Positions 20,891 to 30,377 of a DNA stretch of 64,000 nt are shown here, piece after piece. Position 1 is the stretch's first letter. Every line of letters starts with the position of its first letter. The stretch is from NCBI GenBank assembly GCA_964447765.1, contig CAYUTO010000001.1, positions 121,125 through 185,124 of the forward strand, given 5' to 3'. Under the pieces are notes generated by a model. That model did no database searches. It was not told where the DNA came from and saw only the letters and a list, made by a program, of their open reading frames with translations. The translations under genes were made by a program, and so were the position numbers. Origin of the DNA: an uncultured Gammaproteobacteria bacterium (GTDB lineage Bacteria; Patescibacteriota; Patescibacteriia; Magasanikbacterales; UBA922).

Positions 20891-21674
20891 ACATATATTC
20901 TCTTATAGCTTGACTAAATTGCCGTCTGCAGATAAATAACAATACTATGCCGAGCATAAACGGCACATATAATTCTAAAAATAACGCTAGGGATAACCAA
21001 AGAATACATGAAAAATATAAACTAATAGCAAGGCTTACTGGAGGCACCACACCATTGGCAATTTTTTTGACATACATATAAAAAATACATGACCCGACCA
21101 AACTGGAAACTATCCAACCAGCATAGTTTACCACCGGAACGCCATAATACATGCCTGGCTCTACCCACTTCCACAACCCCAATGTCACGGCTACCGGATC
21201 TACCAATAAATCTATCGATACCATAACTAGCGCAGTCAAAACTAATTTAAACAACCATCGTATACGAAATCCGCTCACAATCCCGACACTACCCAGCAAA
21301 ATAGGCACCCACACAAATGGCGTACTTAGCGGGACGGTACTACCAACCATAATACCTGTCTTCGCATTATATACAAAATGTCCATACGGAATACCAAACT
21401 GTATCGCCAAAGCTTCAATAACTATTGCAAGGATACCTAAAATAAACAGTATCAATAGACCTTTTGTCCAGCCTAACCACTTAACTGTTACAAAGGCTGT
21501 TGGGAGAAATAATACCAACGTAAATAACGTTGAAACTATGGCCATACTGTCATCAAACGGGACACGGGCAGTAAAAAAAGCTATCGTAACTAGTACGATA
21601 TGGACCAAGATAATGGTGAAGTGTTTGAGGGTAATATGATTACAAATTAACGTTTCAAGCCTAGGGTCGGGCAT
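20883..21674 (-). CDS. cruF: Carotenoid 1,2-hydratase, CruF/DUF422-like
   Basis: G.PYG.F.Y, DLLVDP, W.W...YYGVP..NY.GW motifs; polytopic. Confidence 0.8.
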   Translation of the reverse strand: MPDPRLETLICNHITLKHFTIILVHIVLVTIAFFTARVPFDDSMAIVSTLFTLVLFLPTAFVTVKWLGWTKGLLILFILGILAIVIEALAIQFGIPYGHFVYNAKTGIMVGSTVPLSTPFVWVPILLGSVGIVSGFRIRWLFKLVLTALVMVSIDLLVDPVAVTLGLWKWVEPGMYYGVPVVNYAGWIVSSLVGSCIFYMYVKKIANGVVPPVSLAISLYFSCILWLSLALFLELYVPFMLGIVLLFICRRQFSQAIREYMYA

Positions 21675-21816
21675 CTAGTAAAGATAGTCTGGTACGGTGA
21701 GTATTCTCATAAACAAAAACAACTGAAAACTTATAGTAAGTGTACTGCTTTATAGCCCAAGTGTCTATATCGTATTTGAGCTTTAAAAAATAACAAATTC
21801 GATAGCTGCTAATCAC

Positions 21817-21878
21817 AAAAAACCGCTTGGTTAGCGGTTTTTTGATATATGCTCACACACTGGGACGAGTTTCAAACT
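21817..21878. repeat. Hairpin + att-like site 1 (CTC ACACACTGGGACGAGT TTCAAACT)
   Basis: Inverted repeat 21817-21843; CTC at 21852; near-identical to 29609 over about 45 bp. Confidence 0.75.
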
Positions 21879-21959
21879 GTTTTGACTAACTCTACTCCAT
21901 TGCTTGGTAATATTTTTCTTGGCTCTGACACGTGGGCAACTCCTGAACCTTAGCAAATG

Positions 21960-24900
21960 CTATCTTTGCAATTCTTGTCGAGTCAGTGGTCCTACATACC
22001 CACTCGCTGGAGAAATTCCTTTCGCAATCTGAAACGCAATCACTGCTTGACGAGTCAATGCTCCAAAATAGGTAGTCTCATTTCCGAGAGATCCATATCC
22101 ACTCGCAACAATAGGAAATCCGTTTGTGTTGAGATAGACTTGTAGCCCTTTGACATCTTCCCCACTCATGCCAAATTCCAAGTCACGCTTCAATAACGTA
22201 GATGTCGGTGACACGCTTGTTGTACCAGAAATACAGCCGAGATATTTTCTTATGGAAACATCAAATAATCCTGTTGCAGCAAATGAGTGTTTGTTTTGAA
22301 ATACCTTCAACGCTTGCTCAGTCAATGACCCAAAATATGCAGTTTCTTGCCCAGGAGATCCGGGACCTACGATCGCTACAGGCGTACCTATATTATTCAA
22401 ATATTGTTGTAACGCCATAGCCGATGGACCATAATATCCTTTTTTCATATCTACCACAAACAGTGGAGACGGACAGTTTTTTGTTTCTTTTTCATTAAGA
22501 GGAACAACTGGTGACGGATTGGACATTTTTTCCTCTTCGTCACTTTGTGTTGCTCGCAACGTTAATTCCACGCGATTATTCCACAACGCAGTAAAAGTAA
22601 CTGATAGATCAGAGACACCATCACTATCGAGATCCATATCTGCCAACGCACCAACCTTCAATACAATTGTACGCGGAGTAGAAGCAACCTGGATTGTCAC
22701 TTCTTTTTGTTCCGACAAATCAAGGTCTGTAATGGTGAGACGATGTTCTCCCAATTTCCCACTTGAACTTTCAACGAGTGAAAATAGCGCAGTAGACTGA
22801 ATATATACAAGTAGATTAACACCTTCACCAGAAATTTCACCAATATGTTTTGTTGCGTACATATCGACAGATTGATCCGATGCACCACTTCCCTCACCAC
22901 CCGGCACAATAAATGTACCTCCTCCACGAGTTGTTGGCGCAGTAGTATCAACAACGACACTGGTCGTTGCCGCACTTGAAATGTTTCCGGTATTATCCAA
23001 TGCAAAAACACTATAATAATATCTACCATCGTCAAGTGATGTCTGAGTAATACCAGTCGTAGTGGTGGCGCTTGTGACCGCAGTCCCACTACTCACTGTT
23101 GCTGGGTATGACGAAGTACTTCTTCGCACGGTAATTGATACAAAGTCACTTGCCGTTGGATTGGTCCAGGAGAGCGTAATATTAGATTCTGCGACAGATC
23201 CTGTAAGTGAGGAAACAGCACTTGGTGCATTGGTATCTGATTGTTCCCATGCCAAAAAAGCATAGCCGGAATTGATTGCCGGATCCATTTCCCACGTACT
23301 TGACGTTCCTCCATCGTCGTATGGTGTGCCCACAAAATCCCATACGGTATCGAGACCACTGGTATCTGTGTCTGTAAACGTTGCCAACACTTTCATTTGT
23401 GCCGTTGTTTTTCCAGTACCTTTGCCGGTATCGCTCTGACCCGAAGTTGTACTATCGTAAAACGAACTATCAACTATTCCTTCTCTATATTCTTCAATCT
23501 CTTCATCATACACTTGGTTCCGACCAACCAATCCACCAACATTGGTTGAACCAGATATTGCACCGGTTGCATACGAATACCGAATCGTACCACCATTGTA
23601 ATTATCCCCCACTAGTCCTCCTACTCGATCGCCTCCGGTTACATCCATGGATGAATAACAGTTGATTACGGTCCCATTGTTGTTTCCGGTAATTCCTGCA
23701 AGATAATAACTTAATCCTACCCCCGTGATCGTACCCTGTGAACTAGCTCGAGTTATTGTTCCTATGTTACTCCCTGCAATACCTCCTATAGCGGCATCTC
23801 CCACCAGTTCTCCTGAAAATGACACATTGCTCATCATACCATTGCTGTGTCCGGCAATTCCTCCGACAATAAAATCTCCGGTAAAATCTGCCTCTGTCAC
23901 GCGCACATTGCTTATTGAGCCACTATCGTCAACATATCCAAAAAGGGAAACATGCTCTTCAGCAGGTCTATCGATATAGAGCCCGGATATCGTATATCCA
24001 TTCCCGTCGAGACTACCGGTAAATGTGTTAGCATTATCACCGATAGGATCAAATCCTGCTCCACCATTCCATCCGGTCGTACCAGACGCATCAATATTAT
24101 TTGAAATTGTATAGTTATCAGTTCTATCTACTGCGATCAATTGCAATTCTGCCAACGTAGTAATAGCTGACCGATGCTCCATTTGCAAATGCGGATACCC
24201 TGCCATAATCCAATCGCCAATTGTGCCATCCCCCGCAACCGTAAAATCCCAGTCCGAGAATGTACTTTGCGTCATCATTTGTGCCGTTGTTTTTGAATTA
24301 CTAAACGACTCTGCACTTGCTGTACTTCGTGTGGCGTCAAAATATGCACCAGTGACGTTGGGCGTGACTCCGCCATCAACACTTCCAATGATTCCATTTG
24401 TATCTGACCCTGAAATGATGCCCGATGCATACACATTTTCAATCGTGCCGGTAGAAAAACGACCAATGATTCCACCCAGATACCCCCCACCTACCAAGTT
24501 AACATTTGAATAGGAGCTCGTAACAATAGCTGTGGCTTCTGGCGTATACCCTGCAAGCCCTCCACAATAGGCGCCCGGCGTACAATCAAGCGACCCGCTT
24601 GCGTAGACGTGCGTAAGCGTTCCTTCAAGATAAGAGGCAAACGCTCCGGAATATGTCGATGCATCATAATCAATATCAACCAGACCAAGGTTTTTTACTA
24701 CACCACCCGCAGCAATACGTAAAAATAAACCCGCATAGGTTGTACTTACATGGATATTGCTCACCTCATATCCCTGTCCATCAAGTGTCCCTGTGAACGG
24801 CGAACCATAACTCCCAATCTGGGTAAAAGTCGGTACTCCCGAACAATCAATATCATTGATAAGCACATAATCTTCGGTCAAATCATCAGCAATATCTTCT

Positions 24901-25016
24901 AGCCCACTACACGTACTGATATTGGTAAGCGCAAACGCCGTACGTGGCACGAAGAACGCAATTGCCATAACAACAACTGCAAGGTACACATATACACGAG
25001 GAAAAATCATACACAA
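21960..25016 (-). CDS. Large surface protein: GLUG-motif repeats, FN3, two C-terminal peptidoglycan-binding domains
   Basis: FTGTLDGQGY, VGGLVG repeats; YFGALTRQAVIAFQ..GYVGPLTR. Confidence 0.85.
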   Translation of the reverse strand: MCMIFPRVYVYLAVVVMAIAFFVPRTAFALTNISTCSGLEDIADDLTEDYVLINDIDCSGVPTFTQIGSYGSPFTGTLDGQGYEVSNIHVSTTYAGLFLRIAAGGVVKNLGLVDIDYDASTYSGAFASYLEGTLTHVYASGSLDCTPGAYCGGLAGYTPEATAIVTSSYSNVNLVGGGYLGGIIGRFSTGTIENVYASGIISGSDTNGIIGSVDGGVTPNVTGAYFDATRSTASAESFSNSKTTAQMMTQSTFSDWDFTVAGDGTIGDWIMAGYPHLQMEHRSAITTLAELQLIAVDRTDNYTISNNIDASGTTGWNGGAGFDPIGDNANTFTGSLDGNGYTISGLYIDRPAEEHVSLFGYVDDSGSISNVRVTEADFTGDFIVGGIAGHSNGMMSNVSFSGELVGDAAIGGIAGSNIGTITRASSQGTITGVGLSYYLAGITGNNNGTVINCYSSMDVTGGDRVGGLVGDNYNGGTIRYSYATGAISGSTNVGGLVGRNQVYDEEIEEYREGIVDSSFYDSTTSGQSDTGKGTGKTTAQMKVLATFTDTDTSGLDTVWDFVGTPYDDGGTSSTWEMDPAINSGYAFLAWEQSDTNAPSAVSSLTGSVAESNITLSWTNPTASDFVSITVRRSTSSYPATVSSGTAVTSATTTTGITQTSLDDGRYYYSVFALDNTGNISSAATTSVVVDTTAPTTRGGGTFIVPGGEGSGASDQSVDMYATKHIGEISGEGVNLLVYIQSTALFSLVESSSGKLGEHRLTITDLDLSEQKEVTIQVASTPRTIVLKVGALADMDLDSDGVSDLSVTFTALWNNRVELTLRATQSDEEEKMSNPSPVVPLNEKETKNCPSPLFVVDMKKGYYGPSAMALQQYLNNIGTPVAIVGPGSPGQETAYFGSLTEQALKVFQNKHSFAATGLFDVSIRKYLGCISGTTSVSPTSTLLKRDLEFGMSGEDVKGLQVYLNTNGFPIVASGYGSLGNETTYFGALTRQAVIAFQIAKGISPASGYVGPLTRQELQR

Positions 25017-25084
25017 ATTATAGTTATATATTGATCCCCATTATACCAAAGAAGTAGGTTTGTAACCAACTCAGTTATCTATTT

Positions 25085-25147
25085 AAAAAATATCGTTACA
25101 TCAAACGATATTTTTTCCTCATACACTTGGACAGCTTCCGAACCTGA
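25085..25147. repeat. Hairpin + att-like site 2 (CTC ATACACTTGGACAGCT TCCGAACC)
   Basis: Inverted repeat 25085-25116; CTC at 25118; same 16-nt spacing. Confidence 0.65.
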
Positions 25148-25543
25148 CTATGAAATTAGTATAATCCACTCAGGAGTGCCTGGTAATTTCTTTCTATATC
25201 CTGCACGTATTGGTAATTCTAGATAATTAATCCACGAATCCATCCAACCCTTCTTGGTCTTGAGCAGAAAATGTCCTGCGGGAAACTGTGCTGAATATCC
25301 CACAAATACTATTGTTCCTGTTTTGAAATATTTCTTTCCATACCTTCTCATACTCAGCACCGTTGTATTGACCCCCAGTTTATCAAGCGCTTTTACAATA
25401 TCTCTATTATAGAAACCACCACTTTTTTCTTTTTGCTTTGCATTATCAAAATAACGCTTCATCGTTTTGTACGACAAACCCACACGTGACGCTGTACAGG
25501 CAATCGCGCAACCTAATAGTGCTTCTTGTGGAATTTTTTTCAT
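25148..25543 (-). CDS. Peptidase C39-like small protein
   Basis: Q....GCAIAC N-terminus, GHF and W.D putative Cys-His-Asp triad; TTGACA..TATGAT-like promoter upstream. Confidence 0.6.
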   Translation of the reverse strand: MKKIPQEALLGCAIACTASRVGLSYKTMKRYFDNAKQKEKSGGFYNRDIVKALDKLGVNTTVLSMRRYGKKYFKTGTIVFVGYSAQFPAGHFLLKTKKGWMDSWINYLELPIRAGYRKKLPGTPEWIILIS

Positions 25544-25580
25544 ATAGCACTATCATAGTTTTTATAATTTTAATGTCAAG

Positions 25581-25637
25581 AAAAAACAAGCTTTAATAGC
25601 TTGTTTTTTGCTCGCGAGGAGTTCCTTAGTTGGAACA
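25581..25637. repeat. Hairpin + att-like site 3 (CTC GCGAGGAGTTCCTTAG TTGGAACA)
   Basis: Inverted repeat 25581-25609; CTC at 25611; same spacing but divergent middle. Confidence 0.5.
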
Positions 25638-25816
25638 CTATAGAGCAAACTGCTAGAAAGTGGATTACCACCTTCAGAAGATATGATTAGGGAATTGCTG
25701 TGGCCTATTCTAGCTGAAATTCTTCGTGTTCACAATACCTCATAGAGACTGGAACACTGCAAATCCTAACACCCATTTTGTTCTAGTGGTCTTTTTTACG
25801 CTCAACTCTGCATAAT

Positions 25817-25857
25817 TTGACACTATTTTTTATTACTGGTAAAATTTTACCAGTAAT
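25817..25857 (+). promoter_or_regulatory. Sigma70 promoter (TTGACA-N17-TAAAAT) overlapped by perfect 26-bp palindrome
   Basis: TTGACA 25817-22, TAAAAT 25840-45; ATTACTGGTAAAATTTTACCAGTAAT 25832-25857. Confidence 0.8.
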
Positions 25858-25873
25858 TTATTACCTACAAAAT

Positions 25874-28800
25874 ATGTCTACCATCGGCTCTCGTATTACC
25901 TCCATTAGAAAAGCGAAGAAAATCACGCAGGAAAAACTGGCAAAATCTGCTGGGGTTGATTATAACACGCTCAGAAAAGTTGAAACAGGAAAAACTAAAA
26001 ATCCTGGTTCAGAATTTATTGAAAAAATTTCTCTTGCCCTGAGTGTGACGACAGATCAGCTAATAGAGCAACCAAAGCCGGAGGTCAAAGGCGGTGACAT
26101 GCTCCCCTTTATGCAATTACCCCACGGTAATTTTGAGAAAATGATACTGACAATCCTTCAGTCTGATAATGGTAGGTATACAGATATAGAGCCGTTTGGA
26201 GGTAGGGGTGATAAAAATAGAGACATACTTGCAGTTGAAATTATCGGACAAAAACCCGCCGCCAGTAAGACTTTATTTCAAGCGAAGCGTCATGAAAAGA
26301 CAACATACACGACTCTTGAAGACGAATTGATTGGTATAAAGACTCACTTTTTTGATCAACCAAATCCTGCAACTCCAATAGAAAAAATTGTTTTTTGTTT
26401 GGCTGATACACCCTCCCCCACCATAAAAGATAAACTAAAACTCTTTGCTCGAGAAAATAATTTGCCCGAGCCAATCTTTTGGGATGCCCGAACAATCGAT
26501 GTCATGTGTAAAAGAAGCAATCAAATTATCAATGAGTTTTTTGGCGGTCATATTGTGGAGGCAATAGAAGGTGTATCACAAGTTATGACAGAAGTCTTAA
26601 ATATAAAAGAAATGGTCCAAAAAAATACTTCCTCTACCAAACCAGATTCTACACTAACATCAGTAAGTTCTAAAGGCGACGCTCAAATGCAAAAAGCTCG
26701 AAGGCTTATTGGTGAAAAAAAGTATTCTGAAGCAAAGGATATACTTTTGACCATTAAAGAAACAGTTGAAAATTCGAGCGACCATGAACGACTAAAAAAA
26801 CTCTACAACAATCTCGGCCTATGTCTCTCCAAAGAAAACAACTCAGAAAGCCTAAAACAGAGTCTAGATTATCTGTACATGGCTATCGATCTCAAGGTTG
26901 CAAAACAAAATCTTATCGAGGTGATAATAAATAAAGAGGTCAAGGATAAGTATGACGATGCGCTCAAATATGCGCAGGAGCTTTTAGCCGAAGAACCAGA
27001 TAATTTGGACTATGCAGCGTTATACATACATGCACTAAATGCGAAGGATAAAATGCCGGATGCTAAAAAATTTATCGAAACTGACAAAAAAATAAAAAAT
27101 CGTATACAAGAAAATGAAGCTCTTTCAGTAGCTGTTTCCTTAGTCTATTTCATACTCCAAGAGGTTGAAAAAGCTAGTCTTTATGTAGACAATGCTTTGG
27201 AAATTTTTCCTGAATCATGGAGATTGAATAGATTTAAGGGTACAGCATTAATGCTTGAAGCTGAAAAAGGAATGCTCTCAAGAGATATTGACATCATGCC
27301 CTTCTTGAAAACAAATTTAGTCGAGAAGGCAGTGGAACATTTCGAAAAATCCCTGGATCTTGCAATAAATGATGGAGCACCCGAGTTTATGCACAACCAA
27401 ATTCGGTTATGTATATACAGCGCCATGATTTCTTTACGTAGAGGTCAATCGAGTAAATTCAAAGATGCTTACTTAAAAACACTCGAAAAAAGCATCGATG
27501 ATGGCCAGCTCAGTGAAACGGAGTCAAAGGCTAAAGTTGTGGCAAAAATATCTCAAATGCTTGAATGCGAAAGAAATTTTGAGACTGCTTACACTATCTT
27601 CAAAGAAGAAATTGTAGAGAAATATAATGCAACTTACAAAACTATTCTGGATATGGCGCACAAATTTTTTCAGCACGGTGCACCGGAATATTCGATTAAA
27701 TTGCTCGAACCACTACATGATGAGGCGAAGGAGAACAACGATTTTGAGTACTGGGCAGTTTTGAGCACATGCCATGCCTTACTTAATGACAAAAACTCAG
27801 CTCTACGGACAATGAACGAAGCACAAAAGCATTTTTCTTCTTTGACAGATATTGAGTTAAAAAGAAGAATACTTTCACACTACAGCGCATTAACTGCTCG
27901 CTATCACGATAACAGCGAAGCTGAGCGCATGTTCAGAAGTATGACTGAATTGCAAAATATCACACCAGAGGAAACAATTGTTCAGCCAATAGAGGCTCTG
28001 ACTTCTGACGGTCACCTTACTCAGGAAATGAAAGACTTTTTTGAGAACAATAAGAAGGATTTTATAAAGAAAAAAGAAAAGTTTGTTAATACTCCAATTC
28101 CAGTATACTTCTTGGAGAGAATTTTCAGTAGAAATTTCCCTGAAGCCCTAGAAATTCCACGGAATAACTATGATTTTGAATTTGTAATACATTACAATGC
28201 CCTAGATAAGGAATTTTTACATAGGCAGGTTGAAATTCTTGAAAAGAATGACACATTTGTCATTGATTATAGTGCCCTGCTAAATTTTTCTCGCACTGGG
28301 CAATTGGGATTATTTAGTGCACTTGGCAAAAAGGTATTAGCCTCTGAATATCTATTATTCCAAGTACAACAAGATCTAATGGTTTCCGAAAATCACACAT
28401 TACGGAACGCATGGAATTTTCTCCGCGGAGGAAATGTACAACTTTTTCCCTACATTGAGATTGAGAAAGGCGCTTTGCCCAAACTGATTAAAGACTTTTT
28501 CAGCGAATGGATGCCTTGGTTTGCACAAGAAATAGTATACTGTTTAAAAAATAAGACCCCTCTTATAACCGACGATCTACGCATGCTCAGTTACTTGAAC
28601 TCAGAAGAAGTTGGACTAGCTTCCATAAATAGCTTTATTTTTTTTCAAACAGGACTCATAACCGGCGCTCTTGATAAAAAACAGTATAGCCTTGTATTAG
28701 GTGATCTTGCAGACATGTTCTATCATTTTATTGCATTCAATGGAGAAGATTTGTTACATATTGTCGCAGACGATACTAACAAAATTAGAAATGGCAGTAC

Positions 28801-29209
28801 CCAAGATTGGATGAGTTTTAAAGAGCATGGTGAAAACTTCAAGGTCTCTAGAAGGGCTTACCATTTATTGAATCAAGTTCACTTACCTGGATCAGAGGTA
28901 ACAAGCTTTTTAGCAGTGTCCTTAGATTTTCTTGAGCGCCTGATTAAGCTCAGCTTTACTGAAGATGAAAAAATGGACTGGGTTCTATTTATGACAAATT
29001 TTTATGGAGGTTTTCTTTCTGAAGAAAATTTTAATACCCAACGAGAGCAGTTCACTGTTCACTTAGAGTTCGTTATTAGAGCGTGGGTTCTGATCTTTCA
29101 ATCTTTACCCAAGAATAGACCTGACATCTTAAAAAAGGCAGGTAAAATCAAGTACGAACATCTACGTTTAGCCATTGAAAATTCTTTAAGAAAAGGAATG
29201 GAACTATAA
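25874..29209 (+). CDS. XRE-HTH + PD-(D/E)xK (Mrr-like) nuclease + TPR + PIN-like multidomain protein, putative defence
   Basis: ITQEKLAKSAGV HTH; GGRGDKNRDI..FQAKR; TPR-like helices; VIDYSAL..LITDD; start moved to MSTIG. Confidence 0.75.
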   Translation: MSTIGSRITSIRKAKKITQEKLAKSAGVDYNTLRKVETGKTKNPGSEFIEKISLALSVTTDQLIEQPKPEVKGGDMLPFMQLPHGNFEKMILTILQSDNGRYTDIEPFGGRGDKNRDILAVEIIGQKPAASKTLFQAKRHEKTTYTTLEDELIGIKTHFFDQPNPATPIEKIVFCLADTPSPTIKDKLKLFARENNLPEPIFWDARTIDVMCKRSNQIINEFFGGHIVEAIEGVSQVMTEVLNIKEMVQKNTSSTKPDSTLTSVSSKGDAQMQKARRLIGEKKYSEAKDILLTIKETVENSSDHERLKKLYNNLGLCLSKENNSESLKQSLDYLYMAIDLKVAKQNLIEVIINKEVKDKYDDALKYAQELLAEEPDNLDYAALYIHALNAKDKMPDAKKFIETDKKIKNRIQENEALSVAVSLVYFILQEVEKASLYVDNALEIFPESWRLNRFKGTALMLEAEKGMLSRDIDIMPFLKTNLVEKAVEHFEKSLDLAINDGAPEFMHNQIRLCIYSAMISLRRGQSSKFKDAYLKTLEKSIDDGQLSETESKAKVVAKISQMLECERNFETAYTIFKEEIVEKYNATYKTILDMAHKFFQHGAPEYSIKLLEPLHDEAKENNDFEYWAVLSTCHALLNDKNSALRTMNEAQKHFSSLTDIELKRRILSHYSALTARYHDNSEAERMFRSMTELQNITPEETIVQPIEALTSDGHLTQEMKDFFENNKKDFIKKKEKFVNTPIPVYFLERIFSRNFPEALEIPRNNYDFEFVIHYNALDKEFLHRQVEILEKNDTFVIDYSALLNFSRTGQLGLFSALGKKVLASEYLLFQVQQDLMVSENHTLRNAWNFLRGGNVQLFPYIEIEKGALPKLIKDFFSEWMPWFAQEIVYCLKNKTPLITDDLRMLSYLNSEEVGLASINSFIFFQTGLITGALDKKQYSLVLGDLADMFYHFIAFNGEDLLHIVADDTNKIRNGSTQDWMSFKEHGENFKVSRRAYHLLNQVHLPGSEVTSFLAVSLDFLERLIKLSFTEDEKMDWVLFMTNFYGGFLSEENFNTQREQFTVHLEFVIRAWVLIFQSLPKNRPDILKKAGKIKYEHLRLAIENSLRKGMEL

Positions 29210-29262
29210 TTCACTAATTTGATTTTTTAACTGATAAATTGTATAGTGTGTGAACAATTAAT

Positions 29263-29553
29263 ATGATCACAAAAAAGCAAAAACTCGAATGGGTAATTAT
29301 AGTGTTATTAACTTTTATCTGTATCGGATGTCTATTCCTTGTTAATAATAGTAAAGGAATGATACAAATCCCTGTTTTTAAAATCATCTACGAAAGCGCG
29401 CTGATTGCTACGCAATTTGTGTATGGATTTTGTAAAATGTTTGCAATACTTATGTGGTATACAATTACTCACAGCTGGATTACCATACTAATAACTTGTG
29501 CATTAATCGCGCTGTTTATCACTAATATTTTTTACCGTCGCACCAAAGATTAA
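29263..29553 (+). CDS. Small membrane hypothetical protein
   Basis: 96 aa with 2-3 hydrophobic segments. Confidence 0.6.
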   Translation: MITKKQKLEWVIIVLLTFICIGCLFLVNNSKGMIQIPVFKIIYESALIATQFVYGFCKMFAILMWYTITHSWITILITCALIALFITNIFYRRTKD

Positions 29554-29566
29554 TGAGGTAGTTTGA

Positions 29567-29635
29567 ATAATAAAATAATACGACCTATAGGTCGTATTAT
29601 TTTATTAGCTCCCATACTGGGACGAGTTTCGAACT
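29567..29635. repeat. Hairpin + att-like site 4 (CTC CCATACTGGGACGAGT TTCGAACT)
   Basis: Inverted repeat centred on CGACCTATAGGTCG; CTC at 29609. Confidence 0.75.
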
Positions 29636-29705
29636 GTTTTAGCTAATTCTACACTACATGTGTTTATCTAACAAGATATTCTTGGGATAAAAAATTTGAA
29701 TTTAA

Positions 29706-30296
29706 CTATAGATATTTTTGTAATTCTACTACAAGTTTTTCCCACTTTCTAAAGTATTCCTCGAGAGTCATTTCTTTTATACCATGCATTTGGTAAAGAA
29801 CATTAGTATCATCTTGATTACTATCAACATGAAATGTGTCAGGTTTTTCAATTCCTCCCAATTCAATATAGGTAAATTGTTTCTTTTCATCTACCTTTTC
29901 AGCTACTCTTTCACCAGCTCGAGGACAAAGATCATCTAAAATAAGTCTTATCTGTTTTGGTAAAAAAATATCAGAGCGTGTGTTAATATGATTGAAAAGC
30001 CCCCAGACACTTTGATCAAAAATGACTTTCTCATGTCTAATCATTGACAACTGTTCTGTATAAAAGTTTTCTCTATTTGCTATTATGTCGTTAATGTAAA
30101 TTTGATGCCATGATTTGCCTTTAGAATGAATTAAAAATCTTATTGTTTGAGTATATTTAAGTAAATCCTTTGCAAAGTTATACCTTTCTTTTCCACGTGT
30201 TTCTTTTTTCCATGAAAACAAAGCAAATCCAGCAATGATAACCATTACAAGTTGAAGTACTATATCAGTTATTTTTAAAATAATATCAGTTTCCAT
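29706..30296 (-). CDS. Hypothetical protein with N-terminal TM
   Basis: 196 aa AT-rich ORF lying alone between two att-like sites. Confidence 0.7.
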   Translation of the reverse strand: METDIILKITDIVLQLVMVIIAGFALFSWKKETRGKERYNFAKDLLKYTQTIRFLIHSKGKSWHQIYINDIIANRENFYTEQLSMIRHEKVIFDQSVWGLFNHINTRSDIFLPKQIRLILDDLCPRAGERVAEKVDEKKQFTYIELGGIEKPDTFHVDSNQDDTNVLYQMHGIKEMTLEEYFRKWEKLVVELQKYL

Positions 30297-30336
30297 TGTA
30301 TATTTAGTGAAAAATATATTTATTTGAGCGGATTTA

Positions 30337-30363
30337 CTCGGGCGACTGGGAGACGTTAGAGCT
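30337..30363. repeat. att-like site 5, likely distal att of the prophage-like element
   Basis: CTCGGG core identical to tRNA-Gln 3' end (47603-47608); CTC-N16-TTAGAGC. Confidence 0.6.
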
Positions 30364-30377
30364 CATTTTATCAAAAA

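Noticed and set aside
21852-30363. CRISPR array or classical integron attC array
   Set aside because: Repeats are degenerate and 0.5-4 kb apart; no cas or intI gene and no attC R/L box symmetry.
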